Assembly: GCA_963842945.1 (NCBI GenBank)
Contig: CAWJIM010000006.1
Span: 96,001-160,000, forward strand
DNA from: an uncultured Gemmatimonadales bacterium
GTDB lineage: Bacteria > Gemmatimonadota > Gemmatimonadetes > Gemmatimonadales > GWC2-71-9
DNA: 64,000 nt
Reading direction: 5' to 3'
In this document: piece after piece, positions 10,860 through 24,308 of the stretch
Numbering within the stretch: the first letter of the stretch is position 1
Layout of the letters: each line of letters opens with the position of its first letter
Notes under the pieces: model-generated
What the model was told of the DNA's origin: nothing
Databases searched by the model: none
What the model saw: only the letters and a program-made list of their open reading frames with translations
Made by a program: the position numbers and the translations under genes

Positions 10860-12080
10860 CTAGCCTTGGACGGCCGGTTGCCCCAAATGGTTTCGTCCGA
10901 GACGGGGGCGCAACCGTAACAGTCTTGCAACTGTCCAATCCTGAGTGGAGGAAGTCGTGGCGCTGAAACGAAGAGACGCGACCGGGCCTAAGCTCGATCG
11001 CGTCTCTGATTGCCTTGCTGGGGCCCCGGACCAGACGTCCTGCTCCCGGGACCTATAACTCTGGGATGTTAAACCGGGGTTTCCACCGAGGCTGGAGCGG
11101 CCACGGGATGGATGATCCAGGCCTCTGCCCGCCGCATGCTCCCGGGTCATCCGGGAATACAGCGAGATCTCGGGGTCGAACAGAAATCGGAAGAGGAGCC
11201 GGGTCCAGGAGCTGTGTGCTGTTAGATCGACATACCACTCCGGCGCGATGGCGCGGATCCGGGGCAAACGGTGCCACGGAACTGAGGGAAAGTCGTGGTG
11301 TTCGTTATGGTATCCGACGTTGAACGTCAGGAGATTCAGCTTGCCGTAGTAGCTGAAGGTTTCCTGTTCTCCTGCCTCGACGAGATAATGCCGCTGGATC
11401 CAGCGGGCTCCCAGAGGGTGCAGGCCGATGGAGAAGAAGAACGACAGGACCAGGTAGGCGAGCGACTTGGGCCCCCACATCAGATATACGCTCAGGTTGA
11501 CGCCGATCTGGATCAGGAGGTTCGTGGTGGTCCAGGCGTCAAGCGGTGGCACTGCCTTGACCCGGAATGAGCGCACCGCCTGGAACAGCGGATAGAACAT
11601 GAGCCAGAGCGCCTTCCCCAGGGGTGAGCGGCCGACCAGCCGAGCCTCCCAAATGCTGGGTATGTCGGCATCCAGGTCGTAGACGCCCTGAAAGGCGTGA
11701 TGCTTCAGATGGTACTTCTGAAAGGAGAACGAGCCCGGCACAAAGAGCGGAAGGTTAGCGACGATACCGGTGAGCACATTGGGCAGCCGTCGCCGGAAGA
11801 CCAGACGGTGGGCGCATTCATGGATCATGACGAACAGCCCATGGCTGGCGAACGCTCCAACGCTGTAGGCCAGAACAAGTACGAGCCAGATCGGCCGGTG
11901 TGCCACAAACCACGCAACGCTGAACTGCAGGCTTACCAGTCCCAGGATGCACCAGAAGGTGACCGGGCTTGATCCAATGAGTTTCCGAATCTCAGGATGG
12001 CGACGGAGTATCTGTTTGGTGCGGTCGCGGTGAGGCTCGGGGCCGGCGGAATATAAAAATCCGGACTGATGCTCTGGCAA
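10860..12080 (-). CDS. Membrane fatty-acid desaturase, sphingolipid delta-4 desaturase (DEGS)-like; C-terminal tail possibly extended by an indel
   Basis: His boxes HECAH, HLKHH, HNEHHDFP; N-terminal EPHRDRTKQILRRHPEIRKL; GLHPLGARWIQRHY, ETFSYYG. Confidence 0.85.
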   Translation of the reverse strand: MPEHQSGFLYSAGPEPHRDRTKQILRRHPEIRKLIGSSPVTFWCILGLVSLQFSVAWFVAHRPIWLVLVLAYSVGAFASHGLFVMIHECAHRLVFRRRLPNVLTGIVANLPLFVPGSFSFQKYHLKHHAFQGVYDLDADIPSIWEARLVGRSPLGKALWLMFYPLFQAVRSFRVKAVPPLDAWTTTNLLIQIGVNLSVYLMWGPKSLAYLVLSFFFSIGLHPLGARWIQRHYLVEAGEQETFSYYGKLNLLTFNVGYHNEHHDFPSVPWHRLPRIRAIAPEWYVDLTAHSSWTRLLFRFLFDPEISLYSRMTREHAAGRGLDHPSRGRSSLGGNPGLTSQSYRSREQDVWSGAPARQSETRSSLGPVASLRFSATTSSTQDWTVARLLRLRPRLGRNHLGQPAVQG

Positions 12081-12357
12081 CGAGGTTCTCGTCGTAAAGA
12101 GGGAATGTCCTTCGGGAAATGCAGTATGGGCCCAGCGGACTGCGCGGAAATATACCAGTCTTCACCGCGTGGATACTAGCCGCGCCTTCGGCTCCCTTGT
12201 TCTTTGACGGCGCCCGGGCCAGGGTGCAACTAGGTCGTTCTCCTCTTCGCGGCCAACCATCACCGGCGCTGAACCCTTGAAGTAGTAGGTTGGTTTGCCC
12301 GGCTCTTGCGATCCCGGGTGGCACCTCCTTCTACTGCTCTCCCTTCTCGAGACTCCC

Positions 12358-13212
12358 ATGTTACTGCTTAGCCTGGCTCTCCTCACTCTCCCGGTCGACA
12401 GCGCGGTGGTGCGTGACATCGAAGTCGCCGATGGTGAGACCCTCCGCACTACTTCCGTCGGGACCGGCCAGCCGATCGTCCTGATTCCGGGACTCTTCGG
12501 TGGCGCATTTGGCTATCGAAAAATCACCGGACCACTGGTGGCCCAGGGCTATCGTGTCATAGTGGTGGAGCCACTTGGCTACGGCTCCTCCTCTCATCCC
12601 AAGAAGGCGGACTACTCGTTCGGCGCCCAGAGCGACCGCGTGGCCCGCACCCTCGACCAGTTGAGCATCAAGCGCGCGCTCATCGTCGCCCAATCCAGCG
12701 GGGCCGCCATTGCCTTTCGCCTCGCGGTCAAGCGGCCCGACCTGGTGCGGGGGCTTCTCTCCATTGATGGCGGTCCCGCCGAGAGCGCGGCCACGCCGGG
12801 AATGAAGAAGGCATTCAAGTTCGGCGGCGGGCTGGTCAAGCTCACCATGGATGAATCCAGGCTGAGACACGAGGTGCGCCGTGAGATCGTGAAGAACACG
12901 GGAGACTCCAGCTGGGTAACCGACGCGGTGGTTCGGAGCTACACCGCCGGGCAAACCGCCGACCTCGGCGGGTCGATCGATGCGTTCCACCAAATGGCCA
13001 AGTCGAAGGAGAACACCTCGCTTGCCGATCGGCTTCATCAGTGCCTGGCGCCTGTGCTGTTACTGGTGGGCTCAGTGGCCCACCCATCCGAGATCCCGGA
13101 TGAACAGCGGCAACTGCTCAAAACCAAGCTTCGCGCCTTCAGGATGGAAACCGTCCGCGGGGCAGGCCAGTTTATTCAGGAAGAGCAGCCTCCGTCGTGC
13201 TCTCTGCCATAA
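12358..13212 (+). CDS. Alpha/beta-fold hydrolase (probable frameshift near 3' end)
   Basis: PIVLIPG, EPLGYGSS, AQSSG nucleophile elbow, GQFIQEEQP. Confidence 0.8.
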   Translation: MLLLSLALLTLPVDSAVVRDIEVADGETLRTTSVGTGQPIVLIPGLFGGAFGYRKITGPLVAQGYRVIVVEPLGYGSSSHPKKADYSFGAQSDRVARTLDQLSIKRALIVAQSSGAAIAFRLAVKRPDLVRGLLSIDGGPAESAATPGMKKAFKFGGGLVKLTMDESRLRHEVRREIVKNTGDSSWVTDAVVRSYTAGQTADLGGSIDAFHQMAKSKENTSLADRLHQCLAPVLLLVGSVAHPSEIPDEQRQLLKTKLRAFRMETVRGAGQFIQEEQPPSCSLP

Positions 13213-13295
13213 CGCGGCTGAACCGGGTGGCGCGCTAGCAGGGAGAAATCCATTGCCCTCGTAGGCAGGTCCCGCTATTATCATGCGGCGAGGAC

Positions 13296-13328
13296 AGGGG
13301 ACTGGCTTGGCGCCGGTCCCTCTTTTTT
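13296..13328 (+). terminator. Intrinsic terminator after the hydrolase
   Basis: GGGGACTGGC-loop-GCCGGTCCCT followed by a T-run. Confidence 0.6.
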
Positions 13329-13450
13329 GGCGATAGTTCCTGGCGCAGTAGCGCCGCTTTCGCCGGCCCGCGTGGGGGCTGAACCCACGCATACAACGTA
13401 GTCGGGAGTGCGGCACGTCCGGCTCCGATTACCAGTCTCAGGAGTAGGAC

Positions 13451-13666
13451 ATGGCACGTACCACCGGCACGGTCAAGTGGTTCAATGACGCGAAGGGCTT
13501 TGGCTTCATCACGCCCGAGGACGGTCAGAAGGATTGCTTCGTGCACCACTCGGCCATCTCAGGTCAGGGCTTCAAGAGCCTGACCGAGGGCGACCGAGTC
13601 GAATTCGATGTCGTGCAGGGCCAGAAGGGCCCAGCGGCAGAGAACGTCGTAAAGATCACGAAGTAA
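13451..13666 (+). CDS. cspA: Cold-shock protein
   Basis: [32 protein letters not shown]. Confidence 0.97.
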   Translation: MARTTGTVKWFNDAKGFGFITPEDGQKDCFVHHSAISGQGFKSLTEGDRVEFDVVQGQKGPAAENVVKITK

Positions 13667-13685
13667 GTCTTCGTTGATTCGGATG

Positions 13686-13720
13686 ACGGCCGGTTCCTCT
13701 GGAGCCGGCCGTTTTCTTTT
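13686..13720 (+). terminator. Intrinsic terminator after the cold-shock gene
   Basis: ACGGCCGGTTCC-TCT-GGAGCCGGCCGT followed by TTTCTTTT. Confidence 0.8.
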
Positions 13721-13753
13721 AGAGGCGGTTCCAGGCCACCGGCTTCTATTCCC

Positions 13754-15133
13754 TCAATCGAAACCGAACAGCGGTGGGAAGCCGACGACGACAATGGCGG
13801 CCCAGAAGGAGTACGCCGGCACGTAGGCTGTTTGCCAGCGCTCGAGGCCGGCAAAGGAGCCACGGCCGCGGAGAAACCGGACGTAGAGGACGGTGGACCA
13901 CCCCAGGTTCACCAGCAGGATCACGTTCTCGCCCAGCGCGGCCACGCGGTTGGGCGTGAAGCCGAACTCAGAGATCCGAGCCCCAATCGCTGCCAGGGCG
14001 AAGGCATCCGCGATCAGCGCACTGACCAGGAGCAGCACCAGCAGCAGATCGAATGCGCCAGGGGGCGATTCGGGGTCTCGCGCGGAAATGGAGTAGAGCA
14101 GCAGGCCCAATACCAGCACCAGCAGCAGGTCGAAGGCAATCAGCGCGTTGCGCTCGATGTCGATCCCGCGGCCGGTCCAGAGCATGGTCCCCAGGAAAGC
14201 CAGCAGGGTAAGCGCGAAAAGAGGAGTGAAAATCCGGGTCAGCACCGGAGCCATGTTCTCGATCACGCTCTGCTTCGCCTCGACCAGCCAGGCACCCACG
14301 ATCACCGCCCCGGCCATTCCGCAGGGCACCAGCCAGCCCTCGACCAAAGGCTCGGCGTCTATCCCAATCGCCCGAAACATCCCCATCGTAAAGGCGATGA
14401 GTACGCCGCCGCCCAGCGCGATCAGCGCATAGTAGATGAACAGCTCACCGGAGAAGCGGACGAAATCCATGCGCCTGGCGCTCTCTCCCCAGCGTCCGCC
14501 CGCATAGGCGACTCCCACGAGCAGCCACAGCGCGATCGGGAGATGCAGCACGGTGAGTCTTTCCGTGTCGCCACCGGCCTTGAAGGGATAGACGTTGGCA
14601 AAGAGGGCTGCGGCCCCGAACGCCAGCGCCAGCCACACGCAGGAGCGTGAGTTCAACCGCCGTTTCCAAACGAAATACCCCACGAGAATGGGAAGCACGA
14701 AGAAGCCGGCGTTCCGGAACAAGGCCATGTCAGCGCCCCATTCCAAGCCGAACAGCGTCGGTACTTTGACCGCCAGTGCGGCGAGTGCCGCCAGCGCCAG
14801 GGTGACGGCCGTCTCGGTCTGCACCTCGGCACCGGGCCCGACCGTTGCGGCAGAGGACATCACCAGCTGCTTCCAGAGCCGCTCCGAGTGCTCGCGGGCG
14901 AACTCGTTGGAGATGGCGTCCAGCGCACCCATCCGCTTTACCGCCACGAGGAACGCCTCGTTCTCGGACAGGCCGGCGCCACACAGGGCCGTCACCTCCC
15001 CCCGGAGGTGATCCTCCAGCTCCTCCACGTCAACCGGGCGGATGGCCTGCCGGCGGCGAAGGTAGCTCCGCCACTGTTCGATCTGTCCTTCGAGCGAGTC
15101 GCTCGACCGGGCTTCTCTGGCCGGCTCAGCCAT
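13754..15133 (-). CDS. Permease-prefix-domain multi-pass membrane protein (PadR partner)
   Basis: VEELEDHLR..GLSENEAFLVAVKRMG N-terminal domain; many TM helices; GFTPNR. Confidence 0.85.
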   Translation of the reverse strand: MAEPAREARSSDSLEGQIEQWRSYLRRRQAIRPVDVEELEDHLRGEVTALCGAGLSENEAFLVAVKRMGALDAISNEFAREHSERLWKQLVMSSAATVGPGAEVQTETAVTLALAALAALAVKVPTLFGLEWGADMALFRNAGFFVLPILVGYFVWKRRLNSRSCVWLALAFGAAALFANVYPFKAGGDTERLTVLHLPIALWLLVGVAYAGGRWGESARRMDFVRFSGELFIYYALIALGGGVLIAFTMGMFRAIGIDAEPLVEGWLVPCGMAGAVIVGAWLVEAKQSVIENMAPVLTRIFTPLFALTLLAFLGTMLWTGRGIDIERNALIAFDLLLVLVLGLLLYSISARDPESPPGAFDLLLVLLLVSALIADAFALAAIGARISEFGFTPNRVAALGENVILLVNLGWSTVLYVRFLRGRGSFAGLERWQTAYVPAYSFWAAIVVVGFPPLFGFD

Positions 15134-15500
15134 GGGACGGCCGTGGTGACAGGGCCGACCGCGCCGGAAGCGAGACCGTGCGCCAGATGTTCCGCAGCGC
15201 GGAGTCCACCATCTGCCACTGCTGGCGCTGGTCCGCCAGCTGTGCCTTGCCCTGTGCCGTGAGGTGGTAGTACTTGCGCTTTCGGCCGGTCTCAGAGGTG
15301 TCCCATTTGCCCCTGATATGACCCTGCCGCTCGAGGCGGTGGAGCACTGGGTACAGCATTCCGTCGGTCCATTGTAGATCTCCGCCGGAAAGCTCGTTTA
15401 CCCGCTTGAGGATGGCGTAGCCGTAGGAGTCGCCCTCGGCCAGGATAGCGAGGACCAAAGGTGTGGCGGAAGCGGCGACAAGATCCTTGTTGATGTCCAT
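15126..15500 (-). CDS. PadR-family transcriptional regulator
   Basis: SYGYAILKRV, GMLYPVLHRLE, RKRKYYHLT. Confidence 0.95.
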   Translation of the reverse strand: MDINKDLVAASATPLVLAILAEGDSYGYAILKRVNELSGGDLQWTDGMLYPVLHRLERQGHIRGKWDTSETGRKRKYYHLTAQGKAQLADQRQQWQMVDSALRNIWRTVSLPARSALSPRPSHG

Positions 15501-15526
15501 GGTTTTCTTCATGCATGGGTCGTCAG

Positions 15527-15561
15527 TACCTAGTTGTACTATACATTGTTCTTCTATGTAT
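15527..15561. promoter_or_regulatory. Putative overlapping PadR operators
   Basis: AT-rich TACCTAG-N5-CTATACA overlapping TACATTG-N5-CTATGTA, between padR and the divergent kinase. Confidence 0.6.
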
Positions 15562-15632
15562 GTCGAGGCAGACGGGGAGAAGAACATCCTGACTAGCTAG
15601 TCCAATCAAGCCGTCTCATTTTTGCAGTACCA

Positions 15633-18616
15633 ATGGGTGCCAGCTTGCCAGATTCCCTCGGCTCAGTTCAGGCAGCCCTCGGCGACCGCTATCGCTTGGA
15701 GCGCGAGCTGGGCCGCGGTGGGATGGCCATCGTTTACCTCGCCCGCGATCTGAAGCATGATCGCCTGGTCGCTCTCAAGCTCCTGCGCCATGAGCTCGGG
15801 GTCGCACTCGGCCCTGAGCGCTTTCTCCGGGAAATTGCCGTCACAGCCGGTCTGCAGCATCCACATATCCTTCCATTGCTTGATTCGGGAACGCTGCAGG
15901 CTGGCGGATCTCCCTATTATGTCATGCCCTACGTCCAGGGCGAGTCACTTCGCGACCAGCTCGAACGTGAGCGGCAACTTCCGATAGACCAGGCCCTGCA
16001 CATCACCCGGGATGTGGCGGCCGCACTGGGCTATGCCCACGCAACACGGCGTAGTGCATCGCGACATCAAGCCCGAGAACATCCTGCTGTCCGGCGGCCA
16101 GGCGGTCGTGGCGGACTTCGGTATCGCACGAGCGCTTTCCGCCGCGGGCGCCGAGCGGCTGACGGAGACCGGGCTCGCGCTGGGCACACCGCACTATATG
16201 AGTCCCGAGCAGGCAGCCGGCGAGGCTCGCGTAGACGGCCGTGCGGACATCTACGCCCTCGGGTGCGTTCTGTACGAGATGCTCGCCGGAGAGCCGCCCT
16301 ATACCGGGCCAACCGCCCAGGCGATCATCGCCAAACGCATGCTGGAGCCGGTACCCCGGATACGAACCGTCAGGGAGAGCGTTCCTCAGGAGCTGGAGCG
16401 TGCCATCATCCGGTCGCTGGCCAAGACGCCGGCCGACCGGTTCGGCACCGCGCAAGAGTTCGCGGACGCTCTCTCCCAAACGACGGGCAGCGCGCTGGTG
16501 CCTGGCTCGAGTGGTATGGGCCGTCGCTGGCGAACCGCGGGAATGCTGGTCGCCGTTCTGGCCGCGGCCGGTCTTGTCCTTCGTCTCTGGTCGGGGCGAT
16601 CCAGAGCGGGCGTCAGTCCTTCAGCGTCACGCATCGCAGTCCTGCCATTCACGCCGAGCGGGTCCGATACCGGGCTTTCCCGGTTGGGGCGCGACCTGGT
16701 GTTTACGCTGAGCGCAGAGCTGGACGGCCTGGGCGCCATCCGTGTGGTGGACGCCCACACCGTGCTTGCCCATTCGAAACAGGACGGCCTCTCCTCTCCC
16801 GCCGAAGGAGCGGCGCTGGCCCGCCGGTTCGGCGCGGGCAGCATCGTGCATGGCAGTCTCGTGCGAGAAGGCGCCGATGTGCGCCTGGACTTCGTGCTGC
16901 GCTCGACCGACAGCAGCGCCACCCCACTGGCTCGCGCATCGGTCTCCGGAGCATCCGATTCAGTCGCTGCGCTCACCGACTCCGCCGTCCACGTTCTCCT
17001 GCGACAGATCTGGACTCGGGGATCTGCCCCTACTCCTAGCCTCGAGGCGGCACTCAAGACCCGCTCGGTTCCGGCGTTGCGCGCATTCCTGGAAGGGGAA
17101 CGACAGATCGTCGGCGGTCGGTGGGACAGCGCATCGGCCTCATACGGTCGCGCCAGGGAAGCGGATCCAGCCTTCTGGCTGGCCTACGCCCGGCAGGACT
17201 ATGCCCTGCACTGGTCAGTAAGACCACCGCTGGAAATGCTGATCGACTCACTCCAGCGCCATCGGTTCGAGCTGCCGGAATCCGAGCGTCTTTTGGCCGA
17301 GGCGATCATGCTCTGGTCGCGCGATAGCGTCGCCCTCGCCCTCGACCGTGCCCACCAACTCACTGAGCGAGATCCCAAGCTCGTGGTTCGGGTGGCTGAA
17401 CTACGCCGACCAGCTGTTGCACAACGGCCCGCTGCTGGGCCGCTCGCGAGCCGAGGCCTGGTCTGGATTCCAGCGGGCTCTCGAGCTCAATCCGAACCTG
17501 ATCCCGGTGCACGAACACCTGATGCTGTTGGCGCTCGAGGACAGAGACACGGCTGCGGCCGGCCGGGGCCTGCGGGAGCTGAGCCGGCTCGACGCCGGCC
17601 CAAGCCTTACGGCCGACGGCTACGGCAACAGAATGCTGCAGTTTCGCTTTCTCGCTGCAATTGAGCGGGGCGATAGCCTGCTCACTCGGGTTTTGGCCGA
17701 CAGCATTGCCCAAGACCCCGAGCCGGCAGCTGTGCCGGATGGGAGCTTTTACGACGCGTATCGCCATGGCCTGCCGGCGGAGCAGATTCAGGTCAGCGGG
17801 AAGGTGGTCCGGTCACGGGCACGGCCGGCTCGCCGAGCAACACATGGTAGACTGCTGGCACTCTCGTGGGTGCAGCGGGGGGCGTGGGATTCGGCGTTGG
17901 TCGCCATGGACCATTTGGTGGCCAGCGAAACCGATTCGGCTGCGGCCCTCGAGTCGTATGGGTTGGCGGTCGTGGGGGCATGGCTCGGAGCCGTAGAGCA
18001 ACGTGAAGCCGAGGTGCGGCGCCAGGCTGCGGTGACGCTGGCCGGAGCGGACGACACGGACCGCGCAGAAGTGGCCTGGCTCGACGGCTTGGCAGCGGCG
18101 GGTCGGCGCGACCGGCGTGCGCTAGCCGGGGCGCGTGCAGCACTTCGTGCGAGTGGAGACTCCAGCGCCAACGCGCTCGATCGCTCCCTCGCCGCCTTTG
18201 AGGCCGCGCTCACCGGAAACCCAAGGGCCGCCGGAAGGTCGATGGCGGACCTCGAATCGCAGGAGGCGGCGCTTTCCGCTCCGGATTTCACGCGCCATCC
18301 CTACACGATAGGCGTTGATCGATTGGCTGCCGGCCGATGGCTGGCGGCTTCGGGCGATTCCGAAAGGGCTCTTCGGCTGCTGACCTGGGTGGACGGCCCC
18401 TATTTCATTCATCCCAGTACGGTATACAGCCTGATGCTGACGCCTTTAGTCGACCTCGAGCGCGGCCGGATTGAGGAGCAGAGCGGACGCGCCGGTTCGG
18501 CCAGGAACTACTATCGCGAATTTCTGAGGCGCTATGACCGGCCAGTAATCGGCCATCGGCGACTCGTGGAGGAAGCGAGGAACGCCGTTGTCCGGCTGAT
18601 GGACCGAGGCGATTAG
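15633..18616 (+). CDS. Transmembrane Ser/Thr kinase with TolB_N-like and TPR extracytoplasmic region (frameshifts ~16040, ~17375)
   Basis: GRGGMA, VALK, HRDIKPEN, DFG, GTPHYMSPEQ; TM helix; RIAVLPF; PALRAFLEGE. Confidence 0.88.
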
Positions 18617-18617
18617 G
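18555..18617 (+). repeat. 63-bp direct repeat, copy 1 (3' end of kinase gene)
   Basis: 60/63 identical to 24998-25060. Confidence 0.92.
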
Positions 18618-18619
18618 TC

Positions 18620-21601
18620 CTACCGCTCTTCCGCCGTCTCCCCCACCAGCCGGGCCAGCTCCTCCCGCACTTGCTTGACGACCCGCTGCACCCGAGGCTC
18701 CGGCCGATTCACCAGAGCCAAGTAGTGGGTGTATGCCCGCACGGCCGCTTCCCGCTCCCCGGCGGCCGCGGCCAGCCGGCCTTCCGTGCGCAAGCGAGTT
18801 GCCAGATAGGATGCGCCGCCAGGGTCGTCATATTCGAAGCGCCTCACTGCTTCGAGTGCCCGCGGCACGTCGCCCGCGGCTTCCCATAGCCGGGTCAGCA
18901 CCACGTTTAGGGGTGCGGTAGCAAACCAGCCCAGTCCCACCAGTGAGTCCGCTCGGGCGATGACCGGCCGGGTGTCCGATCGACCCCGACCGACGGCCAC
19001 CGACGCCTCGATCACGCTGGCGCAGACCTCGCTTGGAGCCCACGCAGGGACCACTTCTTCCGGGATGCCCGGCTCCCGCATCCGCGCCAATGCCCGCCGT
19101 GCGACCCCCCACTCGCTCCGCTCGGCGTACCAGAGCCCAAGCACACACAGATCGGTATTCAGCTCCGCGCGACCGATCGAGCTGCGCGCCGGCGGTCCGG
19201 TTATGGCTGGTAGGAGGCGTCGCACCGCGTTGACTGCGCTGGCACTGTCACCCTCAGCGAGAAGCGCATTCAACACGTGATTCCAGAGCACGTCGTGCGT
19301 CGTGCCGAATCCGGCGAGCGCCTCGACGTCCTCACGTGCAAGGCTCGGACGCCCCTGGTTGAGTGCCGAACCGACTAGAGTCCAGTGGGCCCCTTCGGGA
19401 TCGGCCGTCCTTTGGCCGACGGCCCGGCGCAGCGCGTCCGACGCCGGCTCCACGTCCTCTTCGCCGATCCCGCTCAGCTGCGCAAACGTCACGATGCGGG
19501 TGAGACTTCGGACGTTCGTCCGATCGAATCCGCGCCGCATCTGTGCCCGCGCCGAGTCGCTCCCCAGCACCGCGGTCAGCCGCCAGCGCACGAAATCGGA
19601 GAGCTCGGCCTCGGGGTAGCGGGCGAGGTAGAGGTCCCCCAGTCGGCGAACCTCTGCGGTGTCGCCATTCAGTACAGCGATCTCGACCAGATGGTCGAGC
19701 GGGGCCGCGAAGCTGGAGTCGAGCTCGAGGGCTCGGCGAAATGCGGCCGCTGAGCGCTGAAGCGGCCACCCGCCACCGGCGAGCGGTACCCGATGCAAGA
19801 GAACATCCGCCAGCTGATACCAGGTCTCGGGCGAGTCCCGCAACACGTCGGCTGCCCGCTCCCAACCGGCCAGCTGCTCCACAAAGGGGTAGGGGGCGGG
19901 ATACCGCGGACCGGCGAAGGCAGCGAGGAGTACGCGGTCGCGGGGGCTGAGGCGATCCCGCCTACTGGTGGCGACGCGGAGCGCGCGATTGAATGTCTCC
20001 GGGGCCTCCCAGGTACCGGCAAGCACCAACCCTAGCGCTGCGAGAGCAAAGGTCGAATCCTGTTCCAGCGCCCGGTCGAACCACTCGACTGCTTCACCGT
20101 AGCCTCCTCGCCGGTATGCCGCTTGGCCCTGGAGGTAGGCTCGAAGCGCCGGAAGCGAAGTGCTGGTGAGCTCGGCCACTCGTCCGGTTGCCACGCCGGC
20201 CTCGCGCGCGAGAAGCTGGCTGGCGAGCCGGTCGATCAGGACCCCCAGACTGTCGGATTTCCCCGCAACGCTCGCAGCCGCGCGGGCGCCTCCACCCGGC
20301 ACCTCCAGCAGCGACGCGTTGATCACCAGCCGGTCTTGGGTGCCGACGATCCCGCCGAGCAGGAGCCGGCCGGCGCCGAGCTGGCGCGCAAGAAGCAGGG
20401 CTGAGTCCTGTGGCAGATCATCGTGCTCGTCCCCAACCTGGCGGCGCCAGATGCTCATGACGGAGCGGGCGTCTGTCGCCCGAGGCCCGCCATCTCCGGT
20501 GAGCTGGGCACCGAGCAGGTCCAGCATCCCCTCGCGCAGGTAGGCGAGTGATGCGTCGGCCCCCGCAATCCGGAAAGGCACCACGGCGACCAGATTGGGA
20601 TCGAGCGGCTTTGCACCTGTGGCCCGGGGCCAGAACAGCACCAGTCCGGCGAGCAGGAGCACCCCTACACCGATCGCAGCCTTCGATAACTCGCGACTCG
20701 AGACCCGCGACTTTCCCGCGAGTCGCGACTTCCCCGCCGGCTCGGGGGCGACGAGTGGCACAGCCTTCGTGGTCGAGATCGACTCCAGTTTGCCCAGCAG
20801 CGCCGCAGCTGTCGGCGGCCGATCGGCGGGATTCTTCTCCAGGCAGCGCATCACCAGCGCGGCAAGGTGGGGTGACACCGAAGGTCGCCGCTTCGAGATC
20901 GGCTCCGGCGTTGCGGTGGCGTGAGCGGCGAGCAACGCGTAGTGCGGCCTCCCTGTGAAGGGCGGGTCGCCGGCCAACATCTCGTAGAGGACGCAGCCGA
21001 GGGCGTACACATCGGTCCGGCCATCCACCGCGCTCCCGGTGGCTTGCTCGGGGCTCATGTATGCGGGTGTACCCAGCGCGAGTCCGGTCTCGGTCAACTC
21101 TTCCGCGCCGAGCGTGAGTGCTTTGGCCACCCCGAAATCCGCCACCCGCGCCTGGCCCTCACTGAGCAGGATGTTCTCCGGCTTGAGGTCCCGGTGCACG
21201 ACGCCTTCGCGGTGGGCGTAGTCGAGGGCCGACGCCACTTGGCGGGTGATCTCCAGTGCCAGCTCCACCGGCAACTGGGTCTCGTGCCGCAATCGGTCGC
21301 GCAGCGACTCGCCGCGCACATACGGCATCGTGTACCAGAGCTGGCCCGCGGCGCTGCCGGAATCGAGAACGGGGAGGATGTGCGGGTGATCCAGTCGGGC
21401 GGTCAGGCGGATCTCGCGTTGGAACCGCTCGGGGCCGAGCGTCGCCGCAATTTCCGGGTGCAGCACCTTGAGCGCGACGGGTCGGTCGTGCTTGAGGTCG
21501 CGCGCCAGGTACACGGTCGCCATGCCACCGCGGCCGAGCTCGCCCTCGATCTCGTAGTGATCACGGAGTGCGTCGGCCACTGCGGAATTGCCTGCGGCCA
21601 C
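18620..21601 (-). CDS. Transmembrane Ser/Thr kinase with TolB_N-like and TPR region (intact, 993 aa)
   Basis: GRGGMA, HRDLKPEN, DFG, GTPAYMSPEQ; TM helix; VAVVPF; TSLPALRAYLQG. Confidence 0.93.
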   Translation of the reverse strand: MAAGNSAVADALRDHYEIEGELGRGGMATVYLARDLKHDRPVALKVLHPEIAATLGPERFQREIRLTARLDHPHILPVLDSGSAAGQLWYTMPYVRGESLRDRLRHETQLPVELALEITRQVASALDYAHREGVVHRDLKPENILLSEGQARVADFGVAKALTLGAEELTETGLALGTPAYMSPEQATGSAVDGRTDVYALGCVLYEMLAGDPPFTGRPHYALLAAHATATPEPISKRRPSVSPHLAALVMRCLEKNPADRPPTAAALLGKLESISTTKAVPLVAPEPAGKSRLAGKSRVSSRELSKAAIGVGVLLLAGLVLFWPRATGAKPLDPNLVAVVPFRIAGADASLAYLREGMLDLLGAQLTGDGGPRATDARSVMSIWRRQVGDEHDDLPQDSALLLARQLGAGRLLLGGIVGTQDRLVINASLLEVPGGGARAAASVAGKSDSLGVLIDRLASQLLAREAGVATGRVAELTSTSLPALRAYLQGQAAYRRGGYGEAVEWFDRALEQDSTFALAALGLVLAGTWEAPETFNRALRVATSRRDRLSPRDRVLLAAFAGPRYPAPYPFVEQLAGWERAADVLRDSPETWYQLADVLLHRVPLAGGGWPLQRSAAAFRRALELDSSFAAPLDHLVEIAVLNGDTAEVRRLGDLYLARYPEAELSDFVRWRLTAVLGSDSARAQMRRGFDRTNVRSLTRIVTFAQLSGIGEEDVEPASDALRRAVGQRTADPEGAHWTLVGSALNQGRPSLAREDVEALAGFGTTHDVLWNHVLNALLAEGDSASAVNAVRRLLPAITGPPARSSIGRAELNTDLCVLGLWYAERSEWGVARRALARMREPGIPEEVVPAWAPSEVCASVIEASVAVGRGRSDTRPVIARADSLVGLGWFATAPLNVVLTRLWEAAGDVPRALEAVRRFEYDDPGGASYLATRLRTEGRLAAAAGEREAAVRAYTHYLALVNRPEPRVQRVVKQVREELARLVGETAEER

Positions 21602-21711
21602 GGGAATTGCCGGATGGGGAAGGGCTTGAATCTGACCCGAGGAGCGGGGGAATGCCAGGCGATACGCCCTCCCGCTCGGCTAGGGCCAGCCAGCTCGAAG
21701 GGTTCGGCTGG

Positions 21712-24283
<2,572 letters not shown>

Positions 24284-24308
24284 CCCCAGTGCTGATGAAA
24301 GGAGGGTG

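Noticed and set aside
20690..20745. Short AGKSR duplication in a kinase linker
   Set aside because: Two copies in a low-complexity linker; no further structure
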